From Candidatus Latescibacterota bacterium (lineage in GTDB: Bacteria > Latescibacterota > UBA2968 > SICM01), in the NCBI GenBank assembly GCA_965217865.1, contig CBDCJO010000002.1, forward strand, positions 2,880,001 through 2,944,000: 64,000 bases of DNA. Direction: 5' to 3'. Below are positions 29,005 through 39,123 of this stretch, in pieces. Below the pieces are notes generated by a model. The model was not told where the DNA came from and did not search any database. It was given only the letters and a program-made list of their open reading frames with translations. How positions within the stretch are numbered: position 1 is the first letter of the stretch; each line of letters begins with the position of its first letter. The position numbers and the translations under genes are program-made.

Positions 29005-30186
29005 CTATCCCATGATCATCCCACCGCATACGCGGAAATTTTGTCCTGTAATAAAACTCGCCTTCTCGCTGAACAAAAACGCGACCGTGGAGGCAACATC
29101 CTCAGGGGTGGCCAACCTTCGCAACGGTGTTTGCATTTTAGCGACCATCTTAACCTTTTCGGGAACGTTCGCAATCAAATCCGTTTGAGTCATTCCAGGG
29201 GAAACACAATTGATCCGAATCCCTTTGGGGCCATATTCCGCGGCCAGCGATTTGGTAAATGTAACCAGAGCCGATTTGACGGTATTGTAAGGCATCCATT
29301 TTACGGGGGGGACATTGTCCGCAGCGATACTCCCGATATTAACGATGGCCCCCCTGGTTTGCTCAACCATACGCGGCAAGGCGGCCTGGCAAAGGTTAAA
29401 AGCACCTTTGATCTGAACGTCGATATGTCTTTGAAATTCATCCCATGAGGTTTCGGAGAAATCCATATTGTTGATCGAAGCCGAGGCATTGTTCACAACA
29501 CCTGTTATCACTTTGAATTCTTTTACGGTTAAATCAACCATCTCCTGCACGGCCGCCCTATCCGCCACATCAGCCTGGAATGGAATGGCCTGACCACCGG
29601 CTTCCTGAATCCCGGCCACAACATTTTTTGCTTGAGTTTCATTCTGATAATAGTTTACAATCACAGGGTACCCGAGGTTTGCAAGTTCCCTGGCAATGGC
29701 CGCCCCGATACCCCTGCTGGCTCCTGAAACTACGATCGCCCCGTATTCAGTCTCTCCCATACTGGAGGCCTTTCCTTTGGGTTTTTGTAATACTTTGACC
29801 TTGGCTTCGCCCTCGATCAGACGGTTCCCATCCTCGTTAAATATAACCGTGTCCAAAACCACGACTCTTTGAGCGGGGGATTTTTGTTTAACCTTTGCCC
29901 ATACGCGAATCTGCTCCCCAATTCCCACGGGCTCCAGGAAACGGATCTGTTGTTCATACCAGAGGGAACCCTCCCCCGGCAATTTGGTCCCGATCATTGT
30001 TGAAATAAAAGATGCTGTCAGCATCCCGTGCACAATACTTTTTTTGCCCGCATACCGACCTCCCATATGAACGGGATTTGTATCTCCGGTAAGGTCGACG
30101 AAAGACGATACATCCTGGGCCGTGATCGTATGGAATATCTCGGCTTCATCGCCGATCTGGATCTCCTCGAATCTGTCCTCGGTCAT
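29005..30186 (-). CDS. MaoC-dehydratase / SDR (FabG-like) fusion
   Basis: N-terminal LTGDTNPVH..VHGML..LPG (hot-dog fold); C-terminal GASRGIG, NNA, YxxxK, SPGMTQT. Confidence 0.9.
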   Translation of the reverse strand: MTEDRFEEIQIGDEAEIFHTITAQDVSSFVDLTGDTNPVHMGGRYAGKKSIVHGMLTASFISTMIGTKLPGEGSLWYEQQIRFLEPVGIGEQIRVWAKVKQKSPAQRVVVLDTVIFNEDGNRLIEGEAKVKVLQKPKGKASSMGETEYGAIVVSGASRGIGAAIARELANLGYPVIVNYYQNETQAKNVVAGIQEAGGQAIPFQADVADRAAVQEMVDLTVKEFKVITGVVNNASASINNMDFSETSWDEFQRHIDVQIKGAFNLCQAALPRMVEQTRGAIVNIGSIAADNVPPVKWMPYNTVKSALVTFTKSLAAEYGPKGIRINCVSPGMTQTDLIANVPEKVKMVAKMQTPLRRLATPEDVASTVAFLFSEKASFITGQNFRVCGGMIMG

Positions 30187-30219
30187 ACGGTATGCCGTTT
30201 AAAGTCAGCCATAAAGGCC

Positions 30220-30846
30220 TTACGCGCGATCTTCACCGCGGTCCGGTGTGGAGTCATCTCCTAAGCGACTTCTGGAATACGTTACCCGGGCAGGATTCCC
30301 ACAGTAAGTTGCGCCCTTCTTAAGGGTGCCGCTAACGACGGCCCCGGGCAGGACCAGGACCTCCTTTTGGATCACGGTTCCTTTGTTGATGATGCAACCC
30401 CACAGGACGACCGAATCATTAGCGATCTCGACAGGAGCCCTTTCCGGTGGATATTTTTTGGAAAGGCAACTGTCCCCCAAATTGATGTGGGTGTTGATCT
30501 TCACCGCCATTCCAACCGCACATCGATTCCCGATTTTTACCGTGTCCGTCAAATCGATGATACATGACTTTCCTATAAACACATCATCACCAATCTCAAG
30601 ATTTTTAAAATTTCCTTTCGATTCGTGTAATATAAGATACCGGTGTATCCTTACATTTCTACCGATTGCTGCCCCTCCCATTTTTAGCACGATATCGGGA
30701 AATAAACTGTCACACAAAACCGAAGCCAAACCCTCATCTCCGATCAGAATCCTCAAAACTTTCCACTTAACAAAGTAGAATACATAAAAAATACAGCGAA
30801 TAATTCTACTGCGAGCGCCTGCAATTTTGTTTTTAATATAGGGCAT
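30220..30846 (-). CDS. hexapeptide-repeat (LbH) acyltransferase
   Basis: GAAIGRNV, IGDDVFIG, GAVV..YCGNPAR. Confidence 0.85.
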   Translation of the reverse strand: MPYIKNKIAGARSRIIRCIFYVFYFVKWKVLRILIGDEGLASVLCDSLFPDIVLKMGGAAIGRNVRIHRYLILHESKGNFKNLEIGDDVFIGKSCIIDLTDTVKIGNRCAVGMAVKINTHINLGDSCLSKKYPPERAPVEIANDSVVLWGCIINKGTVIQKEVLVLPGAVVSGTLKKGATYCGNPARVTYSRSRLGDDSTPDRGEDRA

Positions 30847-31050
30847 GAGCCTGCTTTTTCTCCTGCATGAATAAGACGATGTTCAGAAGCTTTTCCAGGC
30901 AAGTGCATCAGAAGAAAAAAGGGGATAAATATGCATTGAATTTGGCAACCCCCCCGGAATATACGGATACCGGGATACCCGCGCAACTCGCCAGATCCCG
31001 AAAAAAGGCCACATAGAGATCCTGTTCCGCATCGAACCCAAGGAGGATTT

Positions 31051-32139
31051 GTGATTTCACGTCGAGAAAGGCTCTTCTCATCCCTGGACGCCATTGGCGC
31101 AGACGCTTTTGTGGCAACCGCCCGCCCCAACCAGCTCTACTTGCTGGATCACCCGGATCCCAGCGTCGTCATCTCCCGGCCAAAATGCAGCTTCATCCTC
31201 ATCACGGCCGGAGACACCGTGGTCTTCCCCGGCATCTGGATGTCCAATGCCTGTCGGGACCTTTTGACCCGCTGTGAAGTCGTGACGAACCAGATCGGCG
31301 ACCCCACCCCTGAGGCCCAACTGGCCGAGCGACTCACGCGGATGTCACTCCGAAAAATCGCATTCGATGGTCTGGACCCGGACCTGAAAAGCCTCCTGGA
31401 TCGGGAGCTCGTCGGGACGGAGATTGTCGAAAACGATGTTGCCACCGAAGTTCGCCGGGAAAAAGACTATCAAGACTTGCAGAGGATGCGAGAGGCCGCG
31501 AGGGTATCCGACCTCGGAATGCTGGCCGCCTTCCGGTCGATCCGCCCGGGTGTCACCAACCTGGACGTGACCGCAGAAGGGGTTTCCGCAATGCTTCGGG
31601 CGGGGGCCGAAAGCGCCAGCATGGCCGTCGTAAGCGGTCCGGGCACCTTCTATCTGGACAGTGGGGAGGATCGGAGAAGGGTGATTCAAGAGGGAGAAAT
31701 GATCTTCATCGACATGGGTATATCCGTTCACGGTTATATCGGGGATCAGACACGGGCGGGGATAGTCGGGGAAGGAAATCCTGAACAGAAAGATCTCCTG
31801 GCGACCGTGCAGCAGGCCTACCGAATCGCCAGTCAGGGGTTGAAACCAGGTGCCAGCGCTGCCTCAATCTACCAGTCCGTCGTCGATCTCTATGACCGGA
31901 AGGGTTGGGCGCCTTTTTTCGTCCACCACATCAGCCACGGCCTGGGGCTCGGCGGCGATCTCCCCGGGGTTGCCGCCGGGGTCGAGGAAACGTTGAGGGC
32001 AGGCGATGCCCTCTCGTGTGAACCCGGAGTTTACGTCCCGGGTGTCGGGGGCGCCCGCGTGGAAAATATGATCTATATCACCCCGGAAGGCCCTGAAGAG
32101 CTGACCCGATGTCCGCTCGACCCTCCGATGGGAATCTAA
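31051..32139 (+). CDS. M24 Xaa-Pro peptidase-like protein
   Basis: IDMG..GYIGDQTR, HHISHGLGL, CEPGVY..GARVEN. Confidence 0.9.
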   Translation: MISRRERLFSSLDAIGADAFVATARPNQLYLLDHPDPSVVISRPKCSFILITAGDTVVFPGIWMSNACRDLLTRCEVVTNQIGDPTPEAQLAERLTRMSLRKIAFDGLDPDLKSLLDRELVGTEIVENDVATEVRREKDYQDLQRMREAARVSDLGMLAAFRSIRPGVTNLDVTAEGVSAMLRAGAESASMAVVSGPGTFYLDSGEDRRRVIQEGEMIFIDMGISVHGYIGDQTRAGIVGEGNPEQKDLLATVQQAYRIASQGLKPGASAASIYQSVVDLYDRKGWAPFFVHHISHGLGLGGDLPGVAAGVEETLRAGDALSCEPGVYVPGVGGARVENMIYITPEGPEELTRCPLDPPMGI

Positions 32140-32148
32140 AAGCCGAGA

Positions 32149-34038
32149 TCAGGAATCAGGGGTCGGAGGTTGGGTATTCGAACCCCGAACCCCGATCTCT
32201 GAACCCCGATCAAGGTGTTCTTTAATCTTTGTGGCCAGCCGATCCCCAATCCCCGATACGGAGGCGATTTCCGAAACATCGGCCTCGGCGATCCGCCTAA
32301 CAGACCCGAATTTCCGGATCAGAGACCGTTTGCGACCCGGACCCACCTTTTCGATCTCGTCGAGAACGGAGAGTGTTTGGCGGTTGCTTCGCAAAACCCT
32401 GTGGTAGGTGAGGGCAAAACGATGGGCTTCGTCGCGAATCGCCTGGAGGAGTTTGAGCGCCGAGGAAGTCTTCGGAATATTCTGAGGATCCGGGCTTCCC
32501 GGCACAAACACCTCCTCGAGTCGCTTCGCCAGACCCACCACAGGAAGATCCTGGACCCCCAATTCCGAGAGCGCTTCCATCGCACTCGATAATTGCCCCT
32601 TCCCGCCGTCCACGAGCAAAAGGTCGGGAAATTTCTCACCCTCTTCCATCAAGCGCTTGATTCTCCGGTTGACAATATGATGCATCATGGCAAAGTCATC
32701 CGGTCCCGGGACATCCGAGATCTTGAACCGTCTGTATTCCCCCTTCTTTGGCCTTCCGTCAACGAAACAGACCAGCGACGCCACAGGATCCGAGGCATGC
32801 GTGTTGGAAATATCGATGGCCTCGATCCGCCGGGGAGGATGACGAAGCCTCAGATCCCGCTGCAGGGATGAAACCGCTTGGGGGACCTGTTTCTTTCGAT
32901 TCTCACGCCTCAACCGGCGTTCCGTAAGGAGAAGTCCGGCGTTGTTCGCCGCCATCGCCAGGAGTTTCACCTTATCGCCTCGCTGAGGTGTACGGATCTC
33001 CAAAAGCCCCCCTGCCCGACCCACCAGCCAATCGCAGATCGCTTCCCGATCCTCGATGTCACACGGCAAACAGATCTCCTTCGGGACGAACGCCGTGTAG
33101 AGGTAGGCCTGACGGACAAAGGCCGAGACAACCTCCGGGTCTGAGGCCCCCATCACCCCCCCGACGAAATAACTTTTCCGTCCCCAAAGCCGACCGTTTC
33201 TCACTTCCATGACAACACCGCACGCCTCATCGTCCTCTCGTGCGATGGCCACAGCATCCCAGTCGGAGAAATCCGAAGACACCACCTTCTGGCGATTGGT
33301 GACGCTCTCCAGACTTTCAAGCCGATCCCGGATCTCTGCCGCCTCCTCAAACTTGAGTTCCGCGGAAGCCTGCTTCATCCGGTCCCGCAACATCTTGACC
33401 ACCTCCTCATTTCGCCCCGTGAGGAAAAGGATGGCCTGATCGATGATCCTCTGATAGTCCTTTCTTGAAATGAGCCCTTCGCACGGCCCGTCACATCGTT
33501 TGATCTCATAATCCAGGCAGAGCTTCACCCTCGGATCGGGAAGATCGTAAGAGCAGGATCGGACCCTGAACAGGCGATGAATCGTGTCAAGGCTACGGCG
33601 CATCCCCTTGACATCCGTGTAAGGGCCGAAGTATCGGCTCCCGTCCTTAACGACATCCCGGGTGACCAGGAAACGGGGAAAGGGCTCCTTCGTGACCTTC
33701 AGATAAGGGTATTTTTTGTCATCCTTGAGCCGGATGTTGTACCGCGGCTTGTGTTTCTTGATCAGGTTCGCCTCAAGGATGAGCGCCTCCAGCTCGGTAT
33801 CTGTGACGATATAGTCGAGGCTGCGGACGTTCGACACCAGGACGTGGAACTGCCCGCGACCGTCCCCTGACCCGGGCTGAAAGTATGACCGAACTCGGTC
33901 TCGCAGGACCTTCGCCTTGCCGATGTAGATGATTGTGCCCGCGGCGTCCTTCAGAAGATAGACACCCGGCTCCCTGGGGAGCAGATCCAGGCGTTCCTGC
34001 AACTGGACCCGCCAGTCAATGTCGGATGGTGCGGTCAT
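32149..34038 (-). CDS. uvrC: excinuclease ABC subunit C
   Basis: PGVY..IYIGKAK.LR.RV.SYF, LLVDGGKGQL, RDEAHRFA, HhH tail. Confidence 0.97.
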   Translation of the reverse strand: MTAPSDIDWRVQLQERLDLLPREPGVYLLKDAAGTIIYIGKAKVLRDRVRSYFQPGSGDGRGQFHVLVSNVRSLDYIVTDTELEALILEANLIKKHKPRYNIRLKDDKKYPYLKVTKEPFPRFLVTRDVVKDGSRYFGPYTDVKGMRRSLDTIHRLFRVRSCSYDLPDPRVKLCLDYEIKRCDGPCEGLISRKDYQRIIDQAILFLTGRNEEVVKMLRDRMKQASAELKFEEAAEIRDRLESLESVTNRQKVVSSDFSDWDAVAIAREDDEACGVVMEVRNGRLWGRKSYFVGGVMGASDPEVVSAFVRQAYLYTAFVPKEICLPCDIEDREAICDWLVGRAGGLLEIRTPQRGDKVKLLAMAANNAGLLLTERRLRRENRKKQVPQAVSSLQRDLRLRHPPRRIEAIDISNTHASDPVASLVCFVDGRPKKGEYRRFKISDVPGPDDFAMMHHIVNRRIKRLMEEGEKFPDLLLVDGGKGQLSSAMEALSELGVQDLPVVGLAKRLEEVFVPGSPDPQNIPKTSSALKLLQAIRDEAHRFALTYHRVLRSNRQTLSVLDEIEKVGPGRKRSLIRKFGSVRRIAEADVSEIASVSGIGDRLATKIKEHLDRGSEIGVRGSNTQPPTPDS

Positions 34039-34085
34039 GATTCAAACGAGCTGTGGATGGATAAAAAGAAACGAGGGTGTGAGAT

Positions 34086-34439
34086 TCATCGAAACTCAAC
34101 CTTCTTGTACAGCATCCATCTTTTCTCAAATTACATTTGGAAAAAACCATTCGGTCCTGCTGAGACGTAGAAGAACGTCCGGCCGATTGAAGTCGAACCG
34201 CGGCCGGATTTTCGCGTATCCCGCCAGATCGCGGTGACATCCTGGACGCGATGCCACCTCTCTCGCCAACGAAATCTCCGGGGCGGATACTCCCCCCTTA
34301 TGGCTGCTGTTTCGTCGGGATGGACTTCCACCTCCTCGTTGACATACGAAGAAAACCGCTTTGCCTTACGGGAAGCCCGGCGATACGCGAATTGTGCGCG
34401 TGAAAACACGGGCGAGGCTTTGGGGAATCTCGTTGCCAT
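34086..34439 (-). pseudogene. DUF6504-like small protein with an in-frame TAA at 34131-34133
   Basis: PRRFRWRERWHRV..W..RTFFYV..FQM*FEKRWMLYKK. The frame continues to TGA at 34086. Confidence 0.5.
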
Positions 34440-34460
34440 TGAGCGTCGAACCAGGGGAAA

Positions 34461-35255
34461 TCATACTTCGCAGGCAAATCCCAACTCTTCAGCCTTGGCC
34501 ATGATGAACCCAACACAGGCCTTGAGGTCCTCCACGACATTCGGAGAATCTCCGACATCTATTCCGAGATAGCCATCATAACCCATTAACTTCAATCCTT
34601 CAAAGAAAGCATCCCAGTCGATGTTCCCTTTTCCAAGGGGCAGATGTGCGGAGTTCGTCCCGTCGTTGTCCGCGATATGAATATTTGCGAACTTTCCCCG
34701 AAGTTTCATCAGAGTGATAGGAAGGATCTCCTTTTGGGCCTGAAAATGAGCGCAGTCAAAGTTGGCGTAGAAGTTGTCTCGGCCCACATCCTGGATCAGC
34801 CTAAGAAGGGAATCCGAAGAACAGATTATCTCCCCGACGCGCGGCTCCATGATGACCTTCCTGCCGATCTCCTTCACCATGTCGCTGCACCGTCCGACAC
34901 TCTCGACAAGCACGTCCCACTGGGCTTCCCAATCAAAGTCCGGATCGAAACGAACACGGTAATCTTCGTCGAAGGCGTATTCCGCTCCGGCGTAAGGTTT
35001 GGCTCCGGCAAACGCCACGCCAGGGGTATAACTCGCCAGATGGACCAGATCCCATAGAACCGGGCAAAAGTTGTGGACTTTCAGCCCTAGATCGTCACAT
35101 CGCTGTTTGTAGACCTTTCGGTTTTGGTGAACGACCTTTAGATGATCCGCTCCGAGCCCCTCCAGCTCCAGGTAAGTGAATCCCATAGACCTGTAGTCCT
35201 CAAGAGCCTTAAGATCATCTTCGAAAGACGGCGGATAACCGTATCGAAAGATCGG
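34461..35255 (-). pseudogene. sugar-phosphate isomerase/epimerase (AP_endonuc_2 TIM barrel), apparently 5'-clipped and internally deleted
   Basis: Metal ligands MEPR, FDCAH, IHIADN, HLPLGKGNIDW. The helix expected between HNFC and HLASY is missing. Confidence 0.65.
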
Positions 35256-35594
35256 ACCCCTTTTCTTGATTCCGGAAAATTGTTGCCGAGAAGGGAACAA
35301 CCCTTCTCAGACCCCTGCCTTTGAGTGATCCCTGCACGGCCCCCGCTCCCACTCTTGTAGACCGGTAAAAATATAGGAAATTGCCGGAGAGTGTCAATCG
35401 GAAAGAGGTCCTGGGGAGCATGACTTTTGCCGGCTTGATTAAATCGACTTGACTGATCGCTGACCTTTTGTATTATATATCCTTATAAGGAATTCCACGT
35501 GGGCTTCGAACCCGCGCGAATTATTCATCAGATCATATGATATCTTCGTGCTTTGAAGGGCGTTAGGATTACATTTTTATTGGTATAACCTATA

Positions 35595-36608
35595 ATGAAT
35601 ACAGGAAATTATGAAGAATTTACCCTCATCGAGCGATTAAAAAAGTGCGTGACAGGGGCCGGAAATTTTGTTATAATTGGGGTTGGCGATGATGCCGCGG
35701 CCCTGAAGGTAGACGAAGGCCGCATCATTCTGATGACCGCAGACTCCCTGGTCGAGGGAGTACATTTCGACCTCTCGTTCGTTCCCTACTCTGATTTGGG
35801 TTGGCGGGCAATGACCGCCAACCTCAGCGATGTGGCAGCGATGGGAGGCCGTCCAATCGGGGCAACAGTCTGTATCTGTGTCCCCCCCTCGTGCGCCGCG
35901 GAATCTCTGGAAGAACTTTACGCCGGGATGGACGCGGTGGCTTCCCGTTTCGAATGTCGGATTGTGGGTGGGGACACAACCTCCTCCCGTTCAGACCTGA
36001 CCATCTCCATCTCCTTGCTTGGTGAGGTGGAGCACGAACGCTTGACCCCCCGTAGCAAAGTGAAGCCGGGTGATCTGCTGTGCGTTACAGGTCATCTTGG
36101 TGGATCCCGAGCAGGCCTTGAAGTCCTCCGGCGGCGAAAACTCGGGGTACCCCTGCCGGGGAGTTTCGAAGAAGCCGTCAATCGGTATCTCCATCCGATT
36201 CCCCGTTTAAAGGAATCTGCCGTAATGGGGGATACCGTTCCGATCCACGCAGCGATCGACATAAGTGATGGAATTTCAAGCGAGATCCATCATCTCTGCC
36301 GAATGAGCCAAGTTGGGGCCAGGATCGAAAGTGGTGCGATTCCCCTACACCCCGATACCCGTGGGGTGGCTCGATTGTGCAACCAGAACGCGCATTCCTT
36401 TGCCCTTTCAGGGGGCGAGGATTTTGAATTGCTGTTCGCGGTCGATTCGCGGGACGCAAAATCCGTATCCGATGCGGTAGAGAGGGAAACCGGCACCCCG
36501 ATTTCCGTTGTTGGCGAAGCCGTTCCGAGGGATCAAGGGGTTTCCATTCGAGATAAGGGTGAGGCCTGGCGCCCTTTGGAAGATGCGGGATTTAAGCACT
36601 TCCTATAG
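35595..36608 (+). CDS. thiL: thiamine-monophosphate kinase
   Basis: EFTLI, GVGDDAA, EGVHF, NLSDVAAMGG, GGDT, IDISDG, GGEDFEL. Confidence 0.96.
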   Translation: MNTGNYEEFTLIERLKKCVTGAGNFVIIGVGDDAAALKVDEGRIILMTADSLVEGVHFDLSFVPYSDLGWRAMTANLSDVAAMGGRPIGATVCICVPPSCAAESLEELYAGMDAVASRFECRIVGGDTTSSRSDLTISISLLGEVEHERLTPRSKVKPGDLLCVTGHLGGSRAGLEVLRRRKLGVPLPGSFEEAVNRYLHPIPRLKESAVMGDTVPIHAAIDISDGISSEIHHLCRMSQVGARIESGAIPLHPDTRGVARLCNQNAHSFALSGGEDFELLFAVDSRDAKSVSDAVERETGTPISVVGEAVPRDQGVSIRDKGEAWRPLEDAGFKHFL

Positions 36609-36649
36609 GCGGTTTAGATCCCCCTGATATCTGAAGGCGAACCATCTTT

Positions 36650-37108
36650 ATGCCGAAAGCGCTCGGTCTGATCGAAACCGTCGGCTTTGTAGGGATTGCG
36701 GAGGCCGCCGATGCAGCGGCAAAGGCAGCCGCGGTCGATCTGTCGGCAGTTGAGCAGACCACCGGGGGTTTGATCACCATCCGGCTCACTGGGGATGTCG
36801 GTGCCGTTCAAGCAGCCGTGGATGCCGGTGCCGAGGCCGCTTCAAGGGTCGGACAGCTCCTTTCTCAGCACGTCATCCCGCACCCACACGAAGATCTGTT
36901 CCGGTTGATGGGATGGTCGACCCGAACCGCGACACAAACGCCCGCCTTTAACGACCCTGTAGACCCCAGCGAGGATCCGGAGCGCATGAGCGTCCTGGAG
37001 CTTCGGCGCTACGCACGCAGCATCCCGGGATTGGCGATCCACGGTCGCGAGATTTCCAAAGCGAACCGGGATGATCTCCTGCGGGAGATTCGGAAAGCCT
37101 TAAAGTAA
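36650..37108 (+). CDS. BMC-H shell protein with a C-terminal helical extension
   Basis: ALGLIET.G..AADAAAKAA.V, GDVGAVQAAV.AG, HVIPHPH; tail MSVLELRRYAR..GREISKANRDDLL. Confidence 0.9.
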   Translation: MPKALGLIETVGFVGIAEAADAAAKAAAVDLSAVEQTTGGLITIRLTGDVGAVQAAVDAGAEAASRVGQLLSQHVIPHPHEDLFRLMGWSTRTATQTPAFNDPVDPSEDPERMSVLELRRYARSIPGLAIHGREISKANRDDLLREIRKALK

Positions 37109-37118
37109 GAGCGCGAAG

Positions 37119-37439
37119 GTGGAAACACTTTGGGATAAAATCAGGCACACCCTGTTAGAAAGGGCGGTGACTGTCGCGGAAAGGGCCGAGCACCTCTATT
37201 ATGTAAGCCGGGTTCGCCTCGATATCGCCAACGACAAGCGGTCGACCCACACGGCTTATGCCCAACTTGGGAGACGCGTCTATCACCTCTTGTCCAAAAA
37301 AACCGACGGGGAAGTTTCGAAGGATGAAAATGTTCTGGACCTCATTCAGCGCATTCGTGATGGCGAGGAGATCCTTCAGGAACGGGAGGCAACCCTGGCG
37401 AACCTAACAGACCCGAAGACTCCAGAATCCGAAGGATAA
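37119..37439 (+). CDS. hypothetical helical protein
   Basis: 106-aa ORF tightly packed between the BMC gene and degP. Confidence 0.65.
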   Translation: METLWDKIRHTLLERAVTVAERAEHLYYVSRVRLDIANDKRSTHTAYAQLGRRVYHLLSKKTDGEVSKDENVLDLIQRIRDGEEILQEREATLANLTDPKTPESEG

Positions 37440-37441
37440 AC

Positions 37442-38905
37442 GTGACATCCCCCGATTATTGCAGGTTCCGAAAAATCATAGTCTTTGTTTGGGCAGTTGT
37501 GTCCCTGAACGCCCTTACCCTCCCTATCGCTGAAGGACAGACGGATTATCGAAACTTTGAAGGAGGGACGCAAAAAAGCCCCATTATCACGGTAGCCGAG
37601 CATCTGCGCCCCACAGTTGTCAGCATATCGGTGCGAAAACCCCGCGATTTCAGCGGACAGGAGTATTTCTGGGATCCCAAGCGTGGCAACATCAAGCGAT
37701 ACAGGTCCACTTTGTCACAGTTCGGCTCCGGGGTGATCGTCAGCAAAGACGGCTACATACTGACCAACAACCACGTGATCGATCAGGCCTCCAATATCCG
37801 GGTTACCCTTGCCGACAATACCGAATATGAAGCCTTAACCGTGGGGCAGGATCCGGAAACAGACGTCGCCCTGATTCGTTTGGTTATGGATGGGCGCCTC
37901 GAGATGGATCAAGTCGCCCCGATCGGCGACTCCGAAACCCTCAGGGTTGGGGAATGGGTCGTGGCCATTGGCAACCCGTTCGGGTTTCAACGCACGGTCA
38001 GCGTCGGAGTCGTGAGCGCAAAGGGGAGAATCCTTGAAGAAATTGAGGGTGGCACTCCATCGTTTCAGGATTTTATTCAGACCGATGCTTCGATTCACCC
38101 CGGAAACTCAGGAGGTCCGCTCGTCAACCTGGAGGGACAGGTGATCGGGATCAATACGGCCTACCGGCCCACAGGATCCAGGATCGGGTTTGCCATACCG
38201 ATCAATCTCGCCTCCAAGGTGGCAGAGGACTTACGGGAGACGGGAAAAGTCATCAGGGGGTTTCTGGGGGTCCATCCACAGGAGTTAAGGGGAGAACTTG
38301 CTGAAGCGGTCGGTGTCCATCCGGGAGAAGGAATCCTCGTCGGAGATGTGAAAACAGGAAGCCCGGCCGTGGGAGCCGGCATTCGCCGAGGAGACGTAAT
38401 CACCCAGGTGAACGGACAGCGGATTAACGACATCATTGGCTATCTGAGGATCATTGCCGGTTCGCGACCCGGGACCCGGGCGTCAGTCAGAATCCTTCGG
38501 GATGGAAACCCGATGTTGCTGAGTTGTATGATAGGGTGGCGGAATCACACGGGCGCAGGATCGGAGGACCTGGATGATTCCGGTTCGGGGGTCCTTTCCT
38601 CCGGTGAAAATGCGTGGATGGGAATGATCGTCCACGATCGGGGGATGATCGAGGCCAAACGTGTCAACGACCAGGCGGAAGAGAGCGTGGTGGTCACCTA
38701 TGTCGAACCTGGGAGCGCCTCGGAGGAAAGGGGAATAGGTCAGGGGGACGAGATCCTGGAGATCGAAGGGAACAGGGTTTCCACCCTCGCGGATTACAAT
38801 TCTCTCTCCCGAAAATTAGATGGAAAAAATAGGCCGATTCTATTCCTTTTCAGAAAAAAGGGTGATGAAGCAACCACCTTTATCGCCCTGCGAGATAAAA
38901 ATTAG
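37442..38905 (+). CDS. DegP/HtrA serine protease with two PDZ domains
   Basis: GSGVI, TNNHV, DVAL, IQTDASIHPGNSGGPL, two PDZ-like units. Confidence 0.95.
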   Translation: MTSPDYCRFRKIIVFVWAVVSLNALTLPIAEGQTDYRNFEGGTQKSPIITVAEHLRPTVVSISVRKPRDFSGQEYFWDPKRGNIKRYRSTLSQFGSGVIVSKDGYILTNNHVIDQASNIRVTLADNTEYEALTVGQDPETDVALIRLVMDGRLEMDQVAPIGDSETLRVGEWVVAIGNPFGFQRTVSVGVVSAKGRILEEIEGGTPSFQDFIQTDASIHPGNSGGPLVNLEGQVIGINTAYRPTGSRIGFAIPINLASKVAEDLRETGKVIRGFLGVHPQELRGELAEAVGVHPGEGILVGDVKTGSPAVGAGIRRGDVITQVNGQRINDIIGYLRIIAGSRPGTRASVRILRDGNPMLLSCMIGWRNHTGAGSEDLDDSGSGVLSSGENAWMGMIVHDRGMIEAKRVNDQAEESVVVTYVEPGSASEERGIGQGDEILEIEGNRVSTLADYNSLSRKLDGKNRPILFLFRKKGDEATTFIALRDKN

Positions 38906-39123
38906 AGCCCGCGAAGCATAAGTTTAACACGACACTTCGTGGGTCCCGCAGCTGCTCATCATCAAAATTAAAGGAGGTGTTCATCTAGAACAGGTTACCT
39001 GATCTCACAGACCGCGAAGGCCACGCAGGTGAGTCTCCCTTTCCTGTGGACCTTTATCAACCGTGAGGGGACGCAGCGGGTCCCCACATCGATACCCTCA
39101 CGCGAAGAAGGAGTGGCTAACGA

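Noticed and set aside
30850-31050. Short ORFs between the acyltransferase and the M24 peptidase
   Set aside because: No recognisable motifs. This may be a gene remnant or another junction, but it cannot be supported from sequence alone.
35495-35520. GGGTTCGAA T-loop-like word on the minus strand (possible tRNA)
   Set aside because: The T-stem pairs poorly and no acceptor, D or anticodon arms can be built.
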